64,000 bases of DNA from Octopus bimaculoides (lineage: Eukaryota), in contig NC_068989.1 of the NCBI RefSeq assembly GCF_001194135.2, positions 38,135,637 to 38,199,636 of the forward strand, written 5' to 3'. Shown here in pieces: positions 12,901 through 25,228 of this stretch. The notes under the pieces were generated by a model. It worked only from the letters and a program-made list of their open reading frames with translations. It was not told the origin of the DNA and did not search any database. Position 1 is the stretch's first letter; every line of letters begins with the position of its first letter. Both the position numbers and the translations under genes were made by a program.

Positions 12901-13325
12901 ACCATGAAACTCACAAAATTAAGGAAATACTTTGAATGTGTAGAGAGTGGGGTTGCTGTATGCTAGCTGTTGAGAAGTTAAAGTGTGAAAAAAAGGAAGA
13001 GAACAAGTTTCTTGCTCCAGAAGAGATAAATGGCTATTTCATTTATATAACGCTACATAATGGTTGGTGGGAGTAATTATTATGGAACTGGAAAGTGAAA
13101 TAAAGAGAGTTTACCCTTAAGGTGGGAGAAGGAGAGTAAAAGAGTGTAGGGAGATGAAATCAAGAATGATGGGTGGGTAGATGTTGAAATAGTGTGCAGG
13201 GAGAGTGAAAAATGGTTGGAGTGACTACTAAACAAGGTGGATGGGTTGTTGAGGGTAAATATGAGCTGGAGGAAAGGCAAAGAAGGAGAGGTGATTACTG
13301 GCAGTACAGAAGAGGTGAAGAGCAT

Positions 13326-13730
13326 GTAGGAGTGGCTGTATGGTAAGTAGCTTGCTTATGAACCACATAGTTCCAGGTTCAGTCCCACTGTGTGGCACCT
13401 TGAGCAAGTGTCTTCTACTATAGCCTCAGGCCGACCAAAGCCTTGTGAGTGGATTTGGTAGACGGAAACTGAAAGAAGCCCATCGTGTATATGTATATGT
13501 ATATATATATGTGTGTGTGTTTGTGTGTCTGTGTTTGTCCCCCCAACATCGCTTGACAACCAATGCTGGTGTGTTTACTTCGCTGTAGCTTAGCGGTTCG
13601 GCAAAAGAGAACAATAGAATAAGTACTAGGCTTACAAAGAATAAATCCTGGGCTGATTTGCTCGACTAAAGGCGGTGCTCCAGCATGACCACAGTCAAAT
13701 GACGGAGACAAGTAAAAGTGTAAAAGAGTA
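13326..13730 (+). mobile_element. SINE family A, full-length low-divergence copy
   Basis: Complete head (A box TGGCTGTATGG, B box GGTTCAGTCCC), CTTGAGCAAGT core, (TA)n(TG)n, body and GTAAAAGAGT tail. The TTGGGCAAGT-type core resembles the CORE-SINE domain (from memory). Confidence 0.95.
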
Positions 13731-15228
13731 ATAATAGTAATAATAGTAATAATGATATATAATAGTGTATATAGAAGAAAGATGAGAGATGAGCAGATAA
13801 TAAGTGAAAATAAGTGGGTAAAAGCTACAAGAAAGTGTGAGAAGAGTGAGAGATGTATAGTAGTAATGGTAGAAGATGGTCAGAGGTACATAGATGAGTT
13901 AATAGGAAGTGGTTCAAGGCAAAAGGATAATAAGCTGGTAGCACAGAATGGTTGACCCATGTAAAATATGAGTGGAAAAGTTTAATGTTAAGAATAAGGG
14001 ATGGATATGGTTCTTGGCAGTGTAAGAGATAACTTGTAACACAAAGAAGGATGATGAAATACATAGTCTTGCTCTCATTTATTTACAGCAGCAGAGTGAT
14101 GAAGGATGTGTGATAGGGAGATGAAGCAGGGAGGGAGAAGGCTTGACAGAGGCAAGTTGCATGAGGTTCCCAGTTATGAGTCTCCAAAACTTCAGTTTTG
14201 GCCATGATGGGTGGGTCTTCATGATCATCATGTAGTACTAATTATTGTGGTCTATTGCTGTTCAATCTGTGATGCTTAAAACACTGAGATTAGCCTGCCT
14301 TCCTTCATTTTATGTCTTCCTGGGTCTCATTTTTCCACATGCTCAATTCACACATATGATTAGCATTCCCATATTCAGCTACCCTCATCCATATGCCTCA
14401 TTTGCCCATACCAGTGCAGTCTTCTCTCTTGCACACTACATCTGATTTGTTATACGCTTAGTTTTTCTCTTAACTTTTTTGTATATTGTCATTCATTCAC
14501 ACAGATGTTGTACATCCAGTAGAGTATGCTTGCTTCATTTCTCTCTCATCTTTGAAAAGTTCTCTATATCCTGGCCCCAAGTCCCACCTGGTAGTAAAAA
14601 ATAGGTCTGGATCAATTAAAAGTTACAAAAGTGACTCAAGGGCTGAGAATTTTATGCAGCAATCAGTTTAATGAATGAAATTCTTATGCATTGAATCACT
14701 TTTGTAACGTCCTACCAATGCTGCAGCTGGTATTCTCACCAGCTGCCGTTAGAACAATTTTCCTCCTCTTCTGATATATTGTGTATTTAAGTGCTGCATG
14801 TCCATAAAAAATATCATCTCCAAATAAAAATCACAGTAAATTTGCTTTTCACAATGTATTTACATTAAGTTACATACATAACTATTTAACTATAACACTG
14901 CTTCTGTTGCACATGACAGACTTGTATTCAGCTGGGTAGCTATTCACAAAATTGGTGATTGTTTTCCTGTATTGGTTGTAACATATTTTGTCTTAGTGAG
15001 TACACGCTACTGACAACATCCAGCCACGTAGGAATGGTGTATTTAACATTCTCAGATGGTGTTGCTTGACCGATTTTCATTTACCTCTGATGTATACTGT
15101 ATTTTTAAACACTGCACGCCCATAAGAGATATTATCTCTAGAGGAATGGTGCAGTAAATTTGCTTTTTCTGATGTATTAACTTTAAATGTGATATATATA
15201 TATTGTTTGAAGTTCTGTACCAATTTTA

Positions 15229-15698
15229 TATATTAAGAAAAAGGAGGTAGTCAGGATTTGGGATTTTATATAAAAATTATTTATTTAGCACTTTCATTTC
15301 TTTTAAAAGATTCGTCAGGAATGATTTATTTACATGAAATTCGTGCCTTATATATATGAGTTAGGTGAAAAAAATCTGGAGTTGCAATGGGAAGAGGATA
15401 TTCTTTGTTATTTTGAAAGCTGTATGTGTGTGTATATATATGTGAGTATGTATGTGTATGTAAGTAAATATGTGTGAAGAATTCTTGAAGGCTTGGATTA
15501 GAGAAAGAGAAAAAAAAGAAAAGGGTCTTTTTCTGAGATGGTTGAAATTGCATTGTATTTTTCTCATCTAACTTTTACATATAAAAGGCATGAATTTTCT
15601 GTATATAAATCACTCATGATGACTCACTCAAAAGAGATGAAAGTGCTAAATAAATAATTTTTACCTCAAATCCTGACTATCTTCTTTTTCTGAATATA
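15229..15698. mobile_element. Fold-back element with ~150-bp imperfect arms containing degenerate hammerhead-like cores
   Basis: TATATTAAGAAAAAGGAGGTAGTCAGGATTTG...TTATTTATTTAGCACTTTCAT is mirrored by ATGAAAGTGCTAAATAAATAA...CAAATCCTGACTATCTTCTTTTTCTGAATATA. Confidence 0.8.
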
Positions 15699-15704
15699 AA
15701 TATA

Positions 15705-15867
15705 GGTGCAGGTGTGGCTGTGTGGTAAGAAGCTTACTTTCCAACCACATGGTTCTCAGTTCAGTCCCACGTCATGGCACATTGGGCAAGTATCTACTAC
15801 TATAGCCTTGGGCTGACCAAAGCCTTGTGAGTGGATGTGTAGATGGAAACTGAAAGANNNNNNNNNN

Positions 15868-15905
<38 letters not shown>

Positions 15906-16040
15906 GTATGTATTTTGTGTGTCTGTGTTTGTCACCCCACCATCACTTGACAATCAATGTTGGTGTGTTTATGTCCGTGTAACTTAGCAGTTTGGCTCCA
16001 CCATGGCTGTTGTCAAATGACTGAAACAAGTAAAAGAATA
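15705..16040 (+). mobile_element. SINE family A copy with internal deletion
   Basis: GGTGCAGGTGTGGCTGTGTGGTAAG head through AAGTAAAAGAATA tail. Confidence 0.9.
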
Positions 16041-16061
16041 TATATATATTTGTTTATAGGC

Positions 16062-16215
16062 CTGGCAAAGTGGTAAGAAGTTTACTTCTGAACCACATGG
16101 TTCTGGGTGCAGCCCCACTGTATGACACCTTGGGCAGGTGTCTTTTAATATAGCCTTGGGCTGACAAAACCTTATGAAAGGATTTGTTAGATGGAAACTG
16201 ATAGAAGCCTGTCTT
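16062..16215 (+). mobile_element. SINE family A 5' half running into a long (TA/TG/CA)n tract
   Basis: GTGGTAAGAAGTTTAC...GACACCTTGGGCAGGTGTC...GATGGAAACTGATAGAAGCCTGTC. Confidence 0.85.
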
Positions 16216-16216
16216 T

Positions 16217-16260
<44 letters not shown>

Positions 16261-16348
16261 GGTGTGTGTAAATGAATAAGTAGATATATGAATATACTGT
16301 TATATACATATATACACATATATATGTGTATATATATGTATACATATG

Positions 16349-16393
<45 letters not shown>

Positions 16394-18741
16394 GTATGAA
16401 TATATATATAATATATATATATGTATACATATGTATATACATAAATACATATATCTGTTTTACCTCATTTTCCCATGTTCCTTGCATACAAGTGGAAATT
16501 TTTTATATTGGAGTAATTATATTTTTCAGCTATATAATACTACCTGTTTCTACTACTCACCATTGAAGCATGGATTACAAGTAGAAATAGCTTCGTTTGT
16601 GTATTTGTGTGTAATTTTGAGTGTATGTATTTCTGTATTTGTGTGTATGTGTGTTTTGTATTTTTGTTTGTGAGGCAAAATCGGTGTAAGCAGTTTTGTG
16701 TGACCATACTTGGTACTGCATCCAGATATACAGATAGACTTGCATCCATGTATGCAACACACACACACACACACTCACACACACGCGCATATACATATGT
16801 ATGTATTTTAAAGAGTCAAAATCTAAAATTGGTGCAATCTAAATAGAAAGTATTGTTGAATCCATTCTTTTTTTCTGAATATTAACAGCAAGCTTGGAAA
16901 ATAAATAAATCAAAAGTAAATATAGCCATCAACTTCAGTGTGATTCATTGTATTACATATAAAATATCTAGCAGCTGTTTGCAACAGATTTCTTCTACAA
17001 AAAAATATCCTTTATTTCAATTTGGAAAATATCTCAGATGATAATTTTGTTTCTGCTGTCATCGCTATTGTAGTCATTGAAAGAACACAGCCAAATATTC
17101 ATTTTACACTAGGTTTGCTGTAGAAAAAAAAAATTCCTTGAAACAGCAGTAAGGTTTATAAGCAGTAAGTGAACAAAAAAGTTTGTGGCGCAGTTTCAAT
17201 TCACAGCCTGTAACATTTTCTCTTATATAATTCTTAGAGGAAAAAGTCCCATGCCTGACTTTTTACAAGGGGGCTTTGTGGTCAGTGAGAAAATAGAGGA
17301 GGACTTCCAAATTCTGACAACATACAGTATTCCGTTAAAGGCCATCAGTAAGGTGGTGGTAGCAGCATTAAATGGTGCAACAGATTAAATCTACTATACA
17401 ACTGAGACTATCTTTGAATCAGGCTTCCACACAGTTTTTGCCAAATTTTCCTCACAATGCTTTCATTGACTTAAGGTTATGGTAGAAGACATTTGTCCAA
17501 ATTGCTGTGCATTGGGCACAGCACTGAAACTACATAATTTGCAAAGTGACCTTTTTAACCACAAAAGAAGTCTTTGAGTTACCAATAGCTTTAAAAAAAT
17601 GAAAATTTCCACTCCTACATCTGGTGCCCTTCCCATTTCCATCAATGTATTATTTATCCTCCATTAATAGATTTTACTGTGTATAAAAATTCTGACTTTT
17701 GATGTATCATCACCATTCCAATTAATTAATATTGTCATCAAGAACATAATCTGATGTCATCTCATTTGTAAGGCCCAAAATCCAGGGATTTCACTTCACT
17801 ACTTAATGAGTCTTCTTTGGTTTTCATCAGGGCCCCATATACTACTCACTCATAGTATGCATTTCATTTTAAATCATAGTCATTTTGTATAGCATATCCA
17901 TACTGATGCATTCATTTGTCAATCATAGATTTATAGGCATTCAGCCACACTTCACATCATTTATGCTGCACCATTTGTGTAATTTAATTTTGTACATCCA
18001 ATATTAGCAAAGAATTTCCACCTTCACTATAATGCAATATCATATTCTTAGACATGTTTCTCTTCACTGCCTGCTTTTTACAAAGTGAAAGTCTTTGTAA
18101 TTAAGAGGTATAGCCATACACTGAATATTTTCCATGCCTTTATTTCTCAAGTTGATATTCATTTATTATACCCATCTACAGTGCTTAGTTTGCTCAGCAA
18201 ACAGAAATTATCACCTATAACTGAGGAGCAACCTGGAAAGTTTATGGTCTTATTTTCATGTGTGCTTAACATATGCCCAAAGTTTTGGTTTCTTTTCAAT
18301 CTAATTGCATGCATATCCATTTCACTGAATTACTCAGTTTTCTCCCTCTACATATTTAGAACTTGCCATTTACTGAAATGTCTGTAACTAATTATTGCAT
18401 TGATCCTTGCCATACTAAACTTTAAATACTTGGACTATGGACAACTTATTTAAATTTTAAAGTTTGTTTTTAGCTCTACATTAGATTCTTCAATATGAAA
18501 CAACTCAAAATCAAACAGTGCAATGACAAAATGGAAATAAGACATGTTGCCATGTTGACACGTATCGGCAAGCCTCTAGTCCATTTTTTCTTTTACAAAA
18601 GCCTCTGTTTCTTGGAGCTAACTGGTTGCATACCCACTTTACGTTTGTCCAACTGGGTGCATTTGTCCTACCTCCTCTTGTTGCCCACATTCTATCTGCC
18701 AACTTAAGCTCTACACTTAACTACTATATCTAATTCTCTCT

Positions 18742-19992
18742 GACACATGAGGTTTTTCGAGCAAGATCGCTGCCGGTGCCCCTGAACTGGCTCATGTGCG
18801 GGTGACACATGAAATCTTTCGAGCGGGATCGTTGCCAGTGCCCCTGGACTGGCTCATGTGCGGGCGCCACATGATATCTTTCGAGCGAGATCGTTGCCAG
18901 TGCCCCTGGACTGGCTCATGTGCGGGCGACACATGAAATCTTTCGAGCNNNNNNNNNNNNNNNNNNNNNNNNNNNNNNNNNNNNNNNNNNNNNNNNNNNN
19001 NNNNNNNNNNNNNNNNNNNNNNNNNNNNNNNNNNNNNNNNNNNNNNNNNNNNNNNNNNNNNNNNNNNNNNNNNNNNNNNNNNNNNNNNNNNNNNNNNNNN
19101 NNNNNNNNNNNNNNNNNNNNNNNNNNNNNNNNNNNNNNNNNNNNNNNNNNNNNNNNNNNNNNNNNNNNNNNNNNNNNNNNNNNNNNNNNNNNNNNNNNNN
19201 NNNNNNNNNNNNNNNNNNNNNNNNNNNNNNNNNNNNNNNNNNNNNNNNNNNNNNNNNNNNNNNNNNNNNNNNNNNNNNNNNNNNNNNNNNNNNNNNNNNN
19301 NNNNNNNNNNNNNNNNNNNNNNNNNNNNNNNNNNNNNNNNNNNNNNNNNNNNNNNNNNNNNNNNNNNNNNNNNNNNNNNNNNNNNNNNNNNNNNNNNNNN
19401 NNNNNNNNNNNNNNNNNNNNNNNNNNNNNNNNNNNNNNNNNNNNNNNNNNNNNNNNNNNNNNNNNNNNNNNNNNNNNNNNNNNNNNNNNNNNNNNNNNNN
19501 NNNNNNNNNNNNNNNNNNNNNNNNNNNNNNNNNNNNNNNNNNNNNNNNNNNNNNNNNNNNNNNNNNNNNNNNNNNNNNNNNNNNNNNNNNNNNNNNNNNN
19601 NNNNNNNNNNNNNNNNNNNNNNNNNNNNNNNNNNNNNNNNNNNNNNNNNNNNNNNNNNNNNNNNNNNNNNNNNNNNNNNNNNNNNNNNNNNNNNNNNNNN
19701 NNNNNNNNNNNNNNNNNNNNNNNNNNNNNNNNNNNNNNNNNNNNNNNNNNNNNNNNNNNNNNNNNNNNNNNNNNNNNNNNNNNNNNNNNNNNNNNNNNNN
19801 NNNNNNNNNNNNNNNNNNNNNNNNNNNNNNNNNNNNNNNNNNNNNNNNNNNNNNNNNNNNNNNNNNNNNNNNNNNNNNNNNNNNNNNNNNNNNNNNNNNN
19901 NNNNNNNNNNNNACTGGCTCATGTGCGGGCGACACATGATATCTTTCGAGCGAGATCGTTGCCAGTGCCCCTGGACTGGCTCTTGTGCGGGT
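18742..19992 (+). repeat. 62-bp tandem minisatellite spanning an N gap, inside a family C SINE
   Basis: Units start at 18742, 18804, 18866, 18928 and 19931. Consensus GACACATGAWATCTTTCGAGCGAGATCGTTGCCAGTGCCCCTGGACTGGCTCATGTGCGGGC. Confidence 0.95.
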
Positions 19993-20220
19993 GGCACATA
20001 AAAGACACCATTTCGAGCGTAGCCGTTTTCGTGCGGGTGACACGTAAAAGCACCCACTACACTCTCTGAGTGGTTGGCGTTAGGAAGGGCATCCAGCTGT
20101 AGAAACTCTGCCAAATTGAATTGGAGCCTGGTGTTGCCATCCGGTTTCACCTGTCCTCAGTCAAATCGTCCAACCCATGCTAGCATGGAAAGCGGACGTT
20201 AAACGACGATGATGATGATG
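18742..20220 (+). mobile_element. SINE family C (young) ending in (GAT)n
   Basis: The array continues into GTAAAAGCACCCACTACACTCTCTGAGTGGTTGGCGTTAGGAAGGGCATCCAGCTG...GGACGTTAAACGACGATGATGATG. Confidence 0.9.
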
Positions 20221-21989
20221 ACTCCCCAAGATATAATTGTTCTGGAATTTCTCCCTTGCCAATGATTTTTTAACAACCATCAGCTTACAGTTGAGAAAAA
20301 AGTACAAAAACTCATTGATCCACAAATCTCAGAGGACCTGAGAAAGTCACTCAAATCCCAAACCATTACAAAAATATAAACACTTTCCTCATGGTATAAT
20401 TACATAAAAATTTTTTGTTAACCATATTGTACTGAAATGTTGGTTTGTCATGAAAAATGAATTAAGAATTAACTTAAAAACATTGAAAGCAATTATGTAA
20501 CAATTTCTAATTTAATTACTCTATACATTAAACAGATAACATTCCAAAGTTAATAGATGATTTTAAAATAACTAAATTTCTAAAATTTACTCTTATTTTT
20601 TAGTTTCTAACTACCTTAACTACAAAGTTATAGCATATATTATTTCCTATAGATTCTTTATTACAGGAAAACTTACTATGTGTTGTTGAACTGTTTTATG
20701 AGTCATGTAAAATTTCAGTCAAATATCAAGTTGGCAAGGAAGAAAATGCTATAAAGTTACCTTCATCTCAGAAATATTTTAATCTTCACTAAATCTATAT
20801 GAAGTTAAAAGTGAATGTAAGTTCAGCTAAACTCTCTTCAGTAAAATAAACATACATTCCCTCAGAGAATATGCAAAGTTATATTACATTTCAAAAACTA
20901 TCCAACTAACAAAAGTGATGGTGTAGAAACTTGATTATATGTGAAACAAAAATTTCAGTTGTTCTTAACAAAATGTTAGATTTATTTCAATGATTTCTGA
21001 CAATTGTAATGATATTAAGAATATAAATGTTAATTGTAACCTTCAACATACTGAGAGTTATATTTTTTTTTTTTATATTTCTCTCTCTAATTTGAAATTA
21101 AAATTTTCCTCTTGGGGAAATATGCTGTGTTTTGAATGATCTTAGAACAATAACTATTTTCTATTTGAAAGAAAAAGAATTTTTTAAATGTTGAAAGAAA
21201 TTAAATCTATATTTTTATTTCTGTTTACAATTTTTCACTTTTTATTTACTATATTTAGTGGGAGTTAAGCAATTTAAACATGGAGTGGATGGAAGCATTT
21301 TAAAACTTTATTTTCCAAATATCTGGCCTTGCTATAGCCTTCAGCATCTGTCATGTTTTTATTTTTCAACGTTTGCTTTGTCCAATACTTGAATTAGTTT
21401 TATAGCAGACTTCTAGAATTTATGAATTATTTTAATGGTGATTCATCATTGTTTCGTCTTTTTTTTTTACCGCAAAACATATTTGTCATATTTGTTAAGA
21501 AATGCCAATGAAAACTATGACATAAAAATTTTAATTTAGGCCTAAATTTTTGTAAAACCTTTTCAATATTTCATTAGAAATAAGAACTAAATAATTGGCC
21601 TAGGACCCCAGGGAAATCTTTATTTCCTGAGAATTCTATATTCAACAGATCCCTTATTACTAACATATAAAATTTCTCCAACAATTCAATCCTGAATTTG
21701 TAAAGTATTGCCTCAAGCACTACAATTAAGTGATGCAGTCAGAAGATACAGCTTTTGTGCACTCTATATACTTCACATATGAAATGCCAATGTTTACCTT
21801 GCACATAACATCCTTATACTAAACCATCAAATTTTACTTGGCTTTGTTAGCATGTAACCTGTAAGAATGATGTCAGATGATGTCTCATCTCAAATGTAAC
21901 CTTGTTCTCTGATCTCCACAGGCAAAACAAAGTAATAATAACAACAACAACAGCAATAATAATAATAATAACAACAACAACAACAACAA

Positions 21990-23697
21990 TTTTTCGGGGA
22001 AAAATGAACATCAGACATGGAATATTCCAAGGTGATAGCTTATCTCTATTACTATTCATACTGACCATGACTCTGCTCGTTATGATACTATGAGAAGTTA
22101 AAATAGCTTCTGATTTGGGAAAAGGAAATGATCAGATAAATCTTCTCCTTTTCATGGATGATATAAAGGTTTATGTAAGAAATGAAAAATTGCTTGAAAC
22201 TCTTGTATATATCATCTGCATTTCCTCAGATGACATAGGTATGGAATTTGGGATAGAAAAGTGTGTTATTTTGAAAAAGAAATGAGGAAGATTTGAAAGA
22301 AGCCTGGGAATTGAAATGCCAAATAGGCAAACAATGGGAACAGTGGAGAAAGGACAGTGGTATAAGTACTTGGGAATATTAGAAGCAGATGAAATAAAAA
22401 ATGAAGAAATGAAACAAATTACCAGTAGGGAATACACAAGGTGAGTGAGAAAATGATTGCAGTCAAAACTGAATTCAAAAAATCATATTGATGCAATAAA
22501 TTCAAGAGCAGTACCCTTAATCATATATGAAGTTGGAATTATAGACTGGACCAAAAACGAGATTAAGAAGCTTGACAGAAAAACTAGAAAGTTGTTGACA
22601 ATATATAGAGCCCACCATTCAAAAGCTGGTATCAGCAAGCTGTACTTGAGGAAAGACCAGGGCAGAAGTGGCTTAGTAGCAGTAGAAGAATGTGTACAGA
22701 TGGAAAGAAAAAGCCTAGTAGAGTATTTATAGAACAGCATAGAAAAACTACTAAAGACAGTGAGTAAAGAACAGGTGATCAAGTGAGTAATAGAAAAAAA
22801 AAAACAAGAATAAAATTGAAAGAGAGCAGGCCAGACAGATTGAAGAGAAACCTTTACATGGGCAATAATGTATGTAGAACAAAATTCTGGGCATGGTTAA
22901 AAAAAAAAGGGGCAATTGAAAAAAAAACAAAAAAAAAACAGAGAGCCTAATTGTAGCAGCCTAAGATCAAGTGATAAAAACAAACAACTTGAGAAAAAAT
23001 ACATATGGAGAGAATGTGTCAGAAAAATGTAGAGCTTGTAGAACGTCGAACAAGACAGTGGCACACACTGTGACAGAATGCTCCAAGCTGGTACAGGAAG
23101 AATATAAGAAATGGAGACACAACCATGTTGTAAAAGTTCTACACAGGAAACTTTACCAGAAATGGGGATTTGAAGCTGGAAACACATGGTATTATCATCG
23201 AGTTGAAAGAGTACTGGAGTTGGAGAAATGTAAGATTTTTTGGGGACTTTTCTATTCAAACAAACAAGAAGTTAGAAAATAACAGAGCAGACATAACAAT
23301 TACAGATAAAGAAAATCAAAGTCACTTACTAATCGACCCATCATGCCCATCTGGTTCCAGGATCGTAAAGAAAGAGGATGAAAAACAAAAAAAAAAAAAT
23401 GCCTTAAAATTTGAAATAGGAAGAATTTGGAGTATGAAAACTCTAAATGTCGTGCCTATAATAATTGGTGCGTCTGGAATAGCAAGCAAAGATATAGACA
23501 AATGGCTGAAGGAGATTGAAATAGAATACTCTGTAGAGCTCATACAGGAAGTTTGTCTCATAGGGAGAGCAAGGATTATCAGGAGGGTTCTAAGTACTTG
23601 AAAGACTGCTGAAAACTTGTGGATACCTAAAGTTATAGATAATAATCCACTACCCACATAAATCCTACCAGGAATAAGACCAAAGAATTCAAATCAA
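21990..23697 (+). mobile_element. 5'-truncated R4/Dong-type non-LTR retrotransposon (RT, CCHC and restriction-like endonuclease), decayed
   Basis: GIFQGDSLS, LLFMDDIKVY, YKYLGILE, AINSRAVP...DRKTRKLLT, CRAC...TVAHTVTEC (CCHC), RHNHVVKVLH, NNRADITI...LIDPSCP (PD..D/ExK), VVPIIIGASG. Stops and frameshifts throughout. Both ends lie in AAT/AAC-rich tracts. Confidence 0.9.
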
Positions 23698-23734
23698 AAT
23701 AACAATAGTAATAAAAACAATAATAACAACAACA

Positions 23735-23860
23735 ACAAGACTGAAATCTGGAGGGTGGAGTTTGTCAATTGATTTAACTACAATACTTGGGAGATATTTT
23801 ATTCTATCGACCCCTGGAGGATAAAAAGCATAGTTGAATTGGCTAGAATTAGAACTCAAT
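23735..23860 (-). mobile_element. Degenerate SINE family B fragment
   Basis: TTTATTCTATCGACCCCTGGAGGATAAAAAGCATAGTTGA is the reverse complement of the family B TTGCCTTTCATCCTT..GGGGTCGATAAA motif. Confidence 0.55.
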
Positions 23861-23936
23861 GCAAAACCTAGAGCAAATTCTACAAAGAATTTTGTATAAC
23901 ACGTTAATAATTCTACAGATAATAACTGCTTCACTA

Positions 23937-24110
23937 TGTTGCACACATATGGTTGTGATGCATGTACTACCCTTATCACAAGTGAAGTCATGATGGGTAT
24001 ACTGGGCTTAATATATTTCACCCCAGTGTCACTTTGATGGCATGTACTGCTCTCTCACTCAATAATAATAATAATAATAATGATAATAATGATAATAATA
24101 ATAATAATTA
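23937..24110 (+). mobile_element. Family D non-autonomous element, 3' part with (AAT)n tail
   Basis: CATATGGTTGTGATGCATGT...GATGGGTATACTGGGCTT...CCCCAGTGTCACTTTGATGGCATG..CTCTCTCACTCAATAATAAT; also found at 35285-35398 and, reversed, at 48543-48680. Confidence 0.85.
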
Positions 24111-24111
24111 A

Positions 24112-25186
24112 TACTTTTATTAGCCACAAGGGCTTACATAAAATAATATAAAATTACATGACACGACATAAAAGACAATACAAAACGAAACAAAGTGTTT
24201 TCACTGTGTAAACAATATATAACAATAAAAAATTAAAGAAAATAAAACTCCCAGAAGGGGAGGCGCTTTAAAGGTCCTCGTGGAAAAACCCACAAAAGCC
24301 ATGGGTGCCTGATCAACAGGGCAAGAGCTCTTCTTTAATTTTTCACAGGTGTATTGCCAGAATTGGTCCCTTCACACTGGCCATTCTTCTAACAATCACC
24401 CACCTTTCAACAAACTTGCTACAAGGCAACACTTCCCTCTCCACCCTCAACTTCCTTTTCAAGTGAAACTTGAAAAAGTTGATTAGGACTTGGCCAAAAA
24501 GGAAGTGTCTGACTTTAACCCTTTCAAAGGAATCCACCATACTACCACTTTTGCTACAGCCACTAGACAAATAAAAATTGCCTGCCTCTCCCAGCCAAAG
24601 GTGGGTGGCAGAGCAACCTTCACTATGGATTCAGCTGATAGCCAGATCCGTCCTACATGTGACAGCAGGTGTTTGACATAAACCCGCAGGTCAGCAATAC
24701 TCGGGCACTGGATGAGGGTGTGCAGAACAGTTTCATCGCTCTGCATGCACCTCAGGTAGGCCCGACTGATGGCACTTCCATGCCTGTAAAGTCTATCCTG
24801 AACAGGCAGTGCCCCTCAGTAGCACTGCCAGGCTGTGTACTTCTGGAAGGTCCAAAAGTTCTCCAAAACAGACTGGTTAGTCGATCTTCATTGACACCTA
24901 GAGTTTCCTCGAGAACATCATTACACTTCCCTTCCACTAGCTCTCTATAGAACGCTAGAATGGAACTACCACCGATCGCATTGCCCGCCTGGCAGAGAAC
25001 AGAACTGTGAGCATTTGAAGGCATTTGAGGTACCAAGCATCCCTCCTCGGTCTATGCCTAATCCAGGTTTGCAGCTCAGTCAAAGAGACAAGCTGTGGAA
25101 AGGTGAGTCTTATAAACAGCGACCACACCTGCTCACCATAAAGGAAACATTGGAGATGCTGTAGCCTGAACGCATGCCCGCACATC
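24112..25186 (-). mobile_element. 5'-truncated Tx1/L1-clade non-LTR retrotransposon ORF2 3' end
   Basis: Minus frames give LFWRTFG, ETVLHTLIQCPSIADL (zinc-finger H..C), AVAKVVVWW and FFKFHLKRKLRVER...FVERW. The 3' UTR ends AATAAAAG then (ATT)n, and the 5' end also abuts (ATT)n. Confidence 0.75.

Positions 25187-25228
<42 letters not shown>

Noticed and set aside
13326-13400. tRNA genes at SINE heads
   Set aside because: A/B boxes are present but there is no complete cloverleaf, and each head continues into a SINE body.
18742-19992. CRISPR-like array reading of the 62-bp repeats
   Set aside because: The units are contiguous with no unique spacers, there are no cas genes, and the context is a eukaryotic SINE.
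20667-20792. Plus-strand terminal-exon candidate (ENLLCVVELFYESCK...)
   Set aside because: It has an acceptor and an open frame only, no partner exon, and is within chance expectation.
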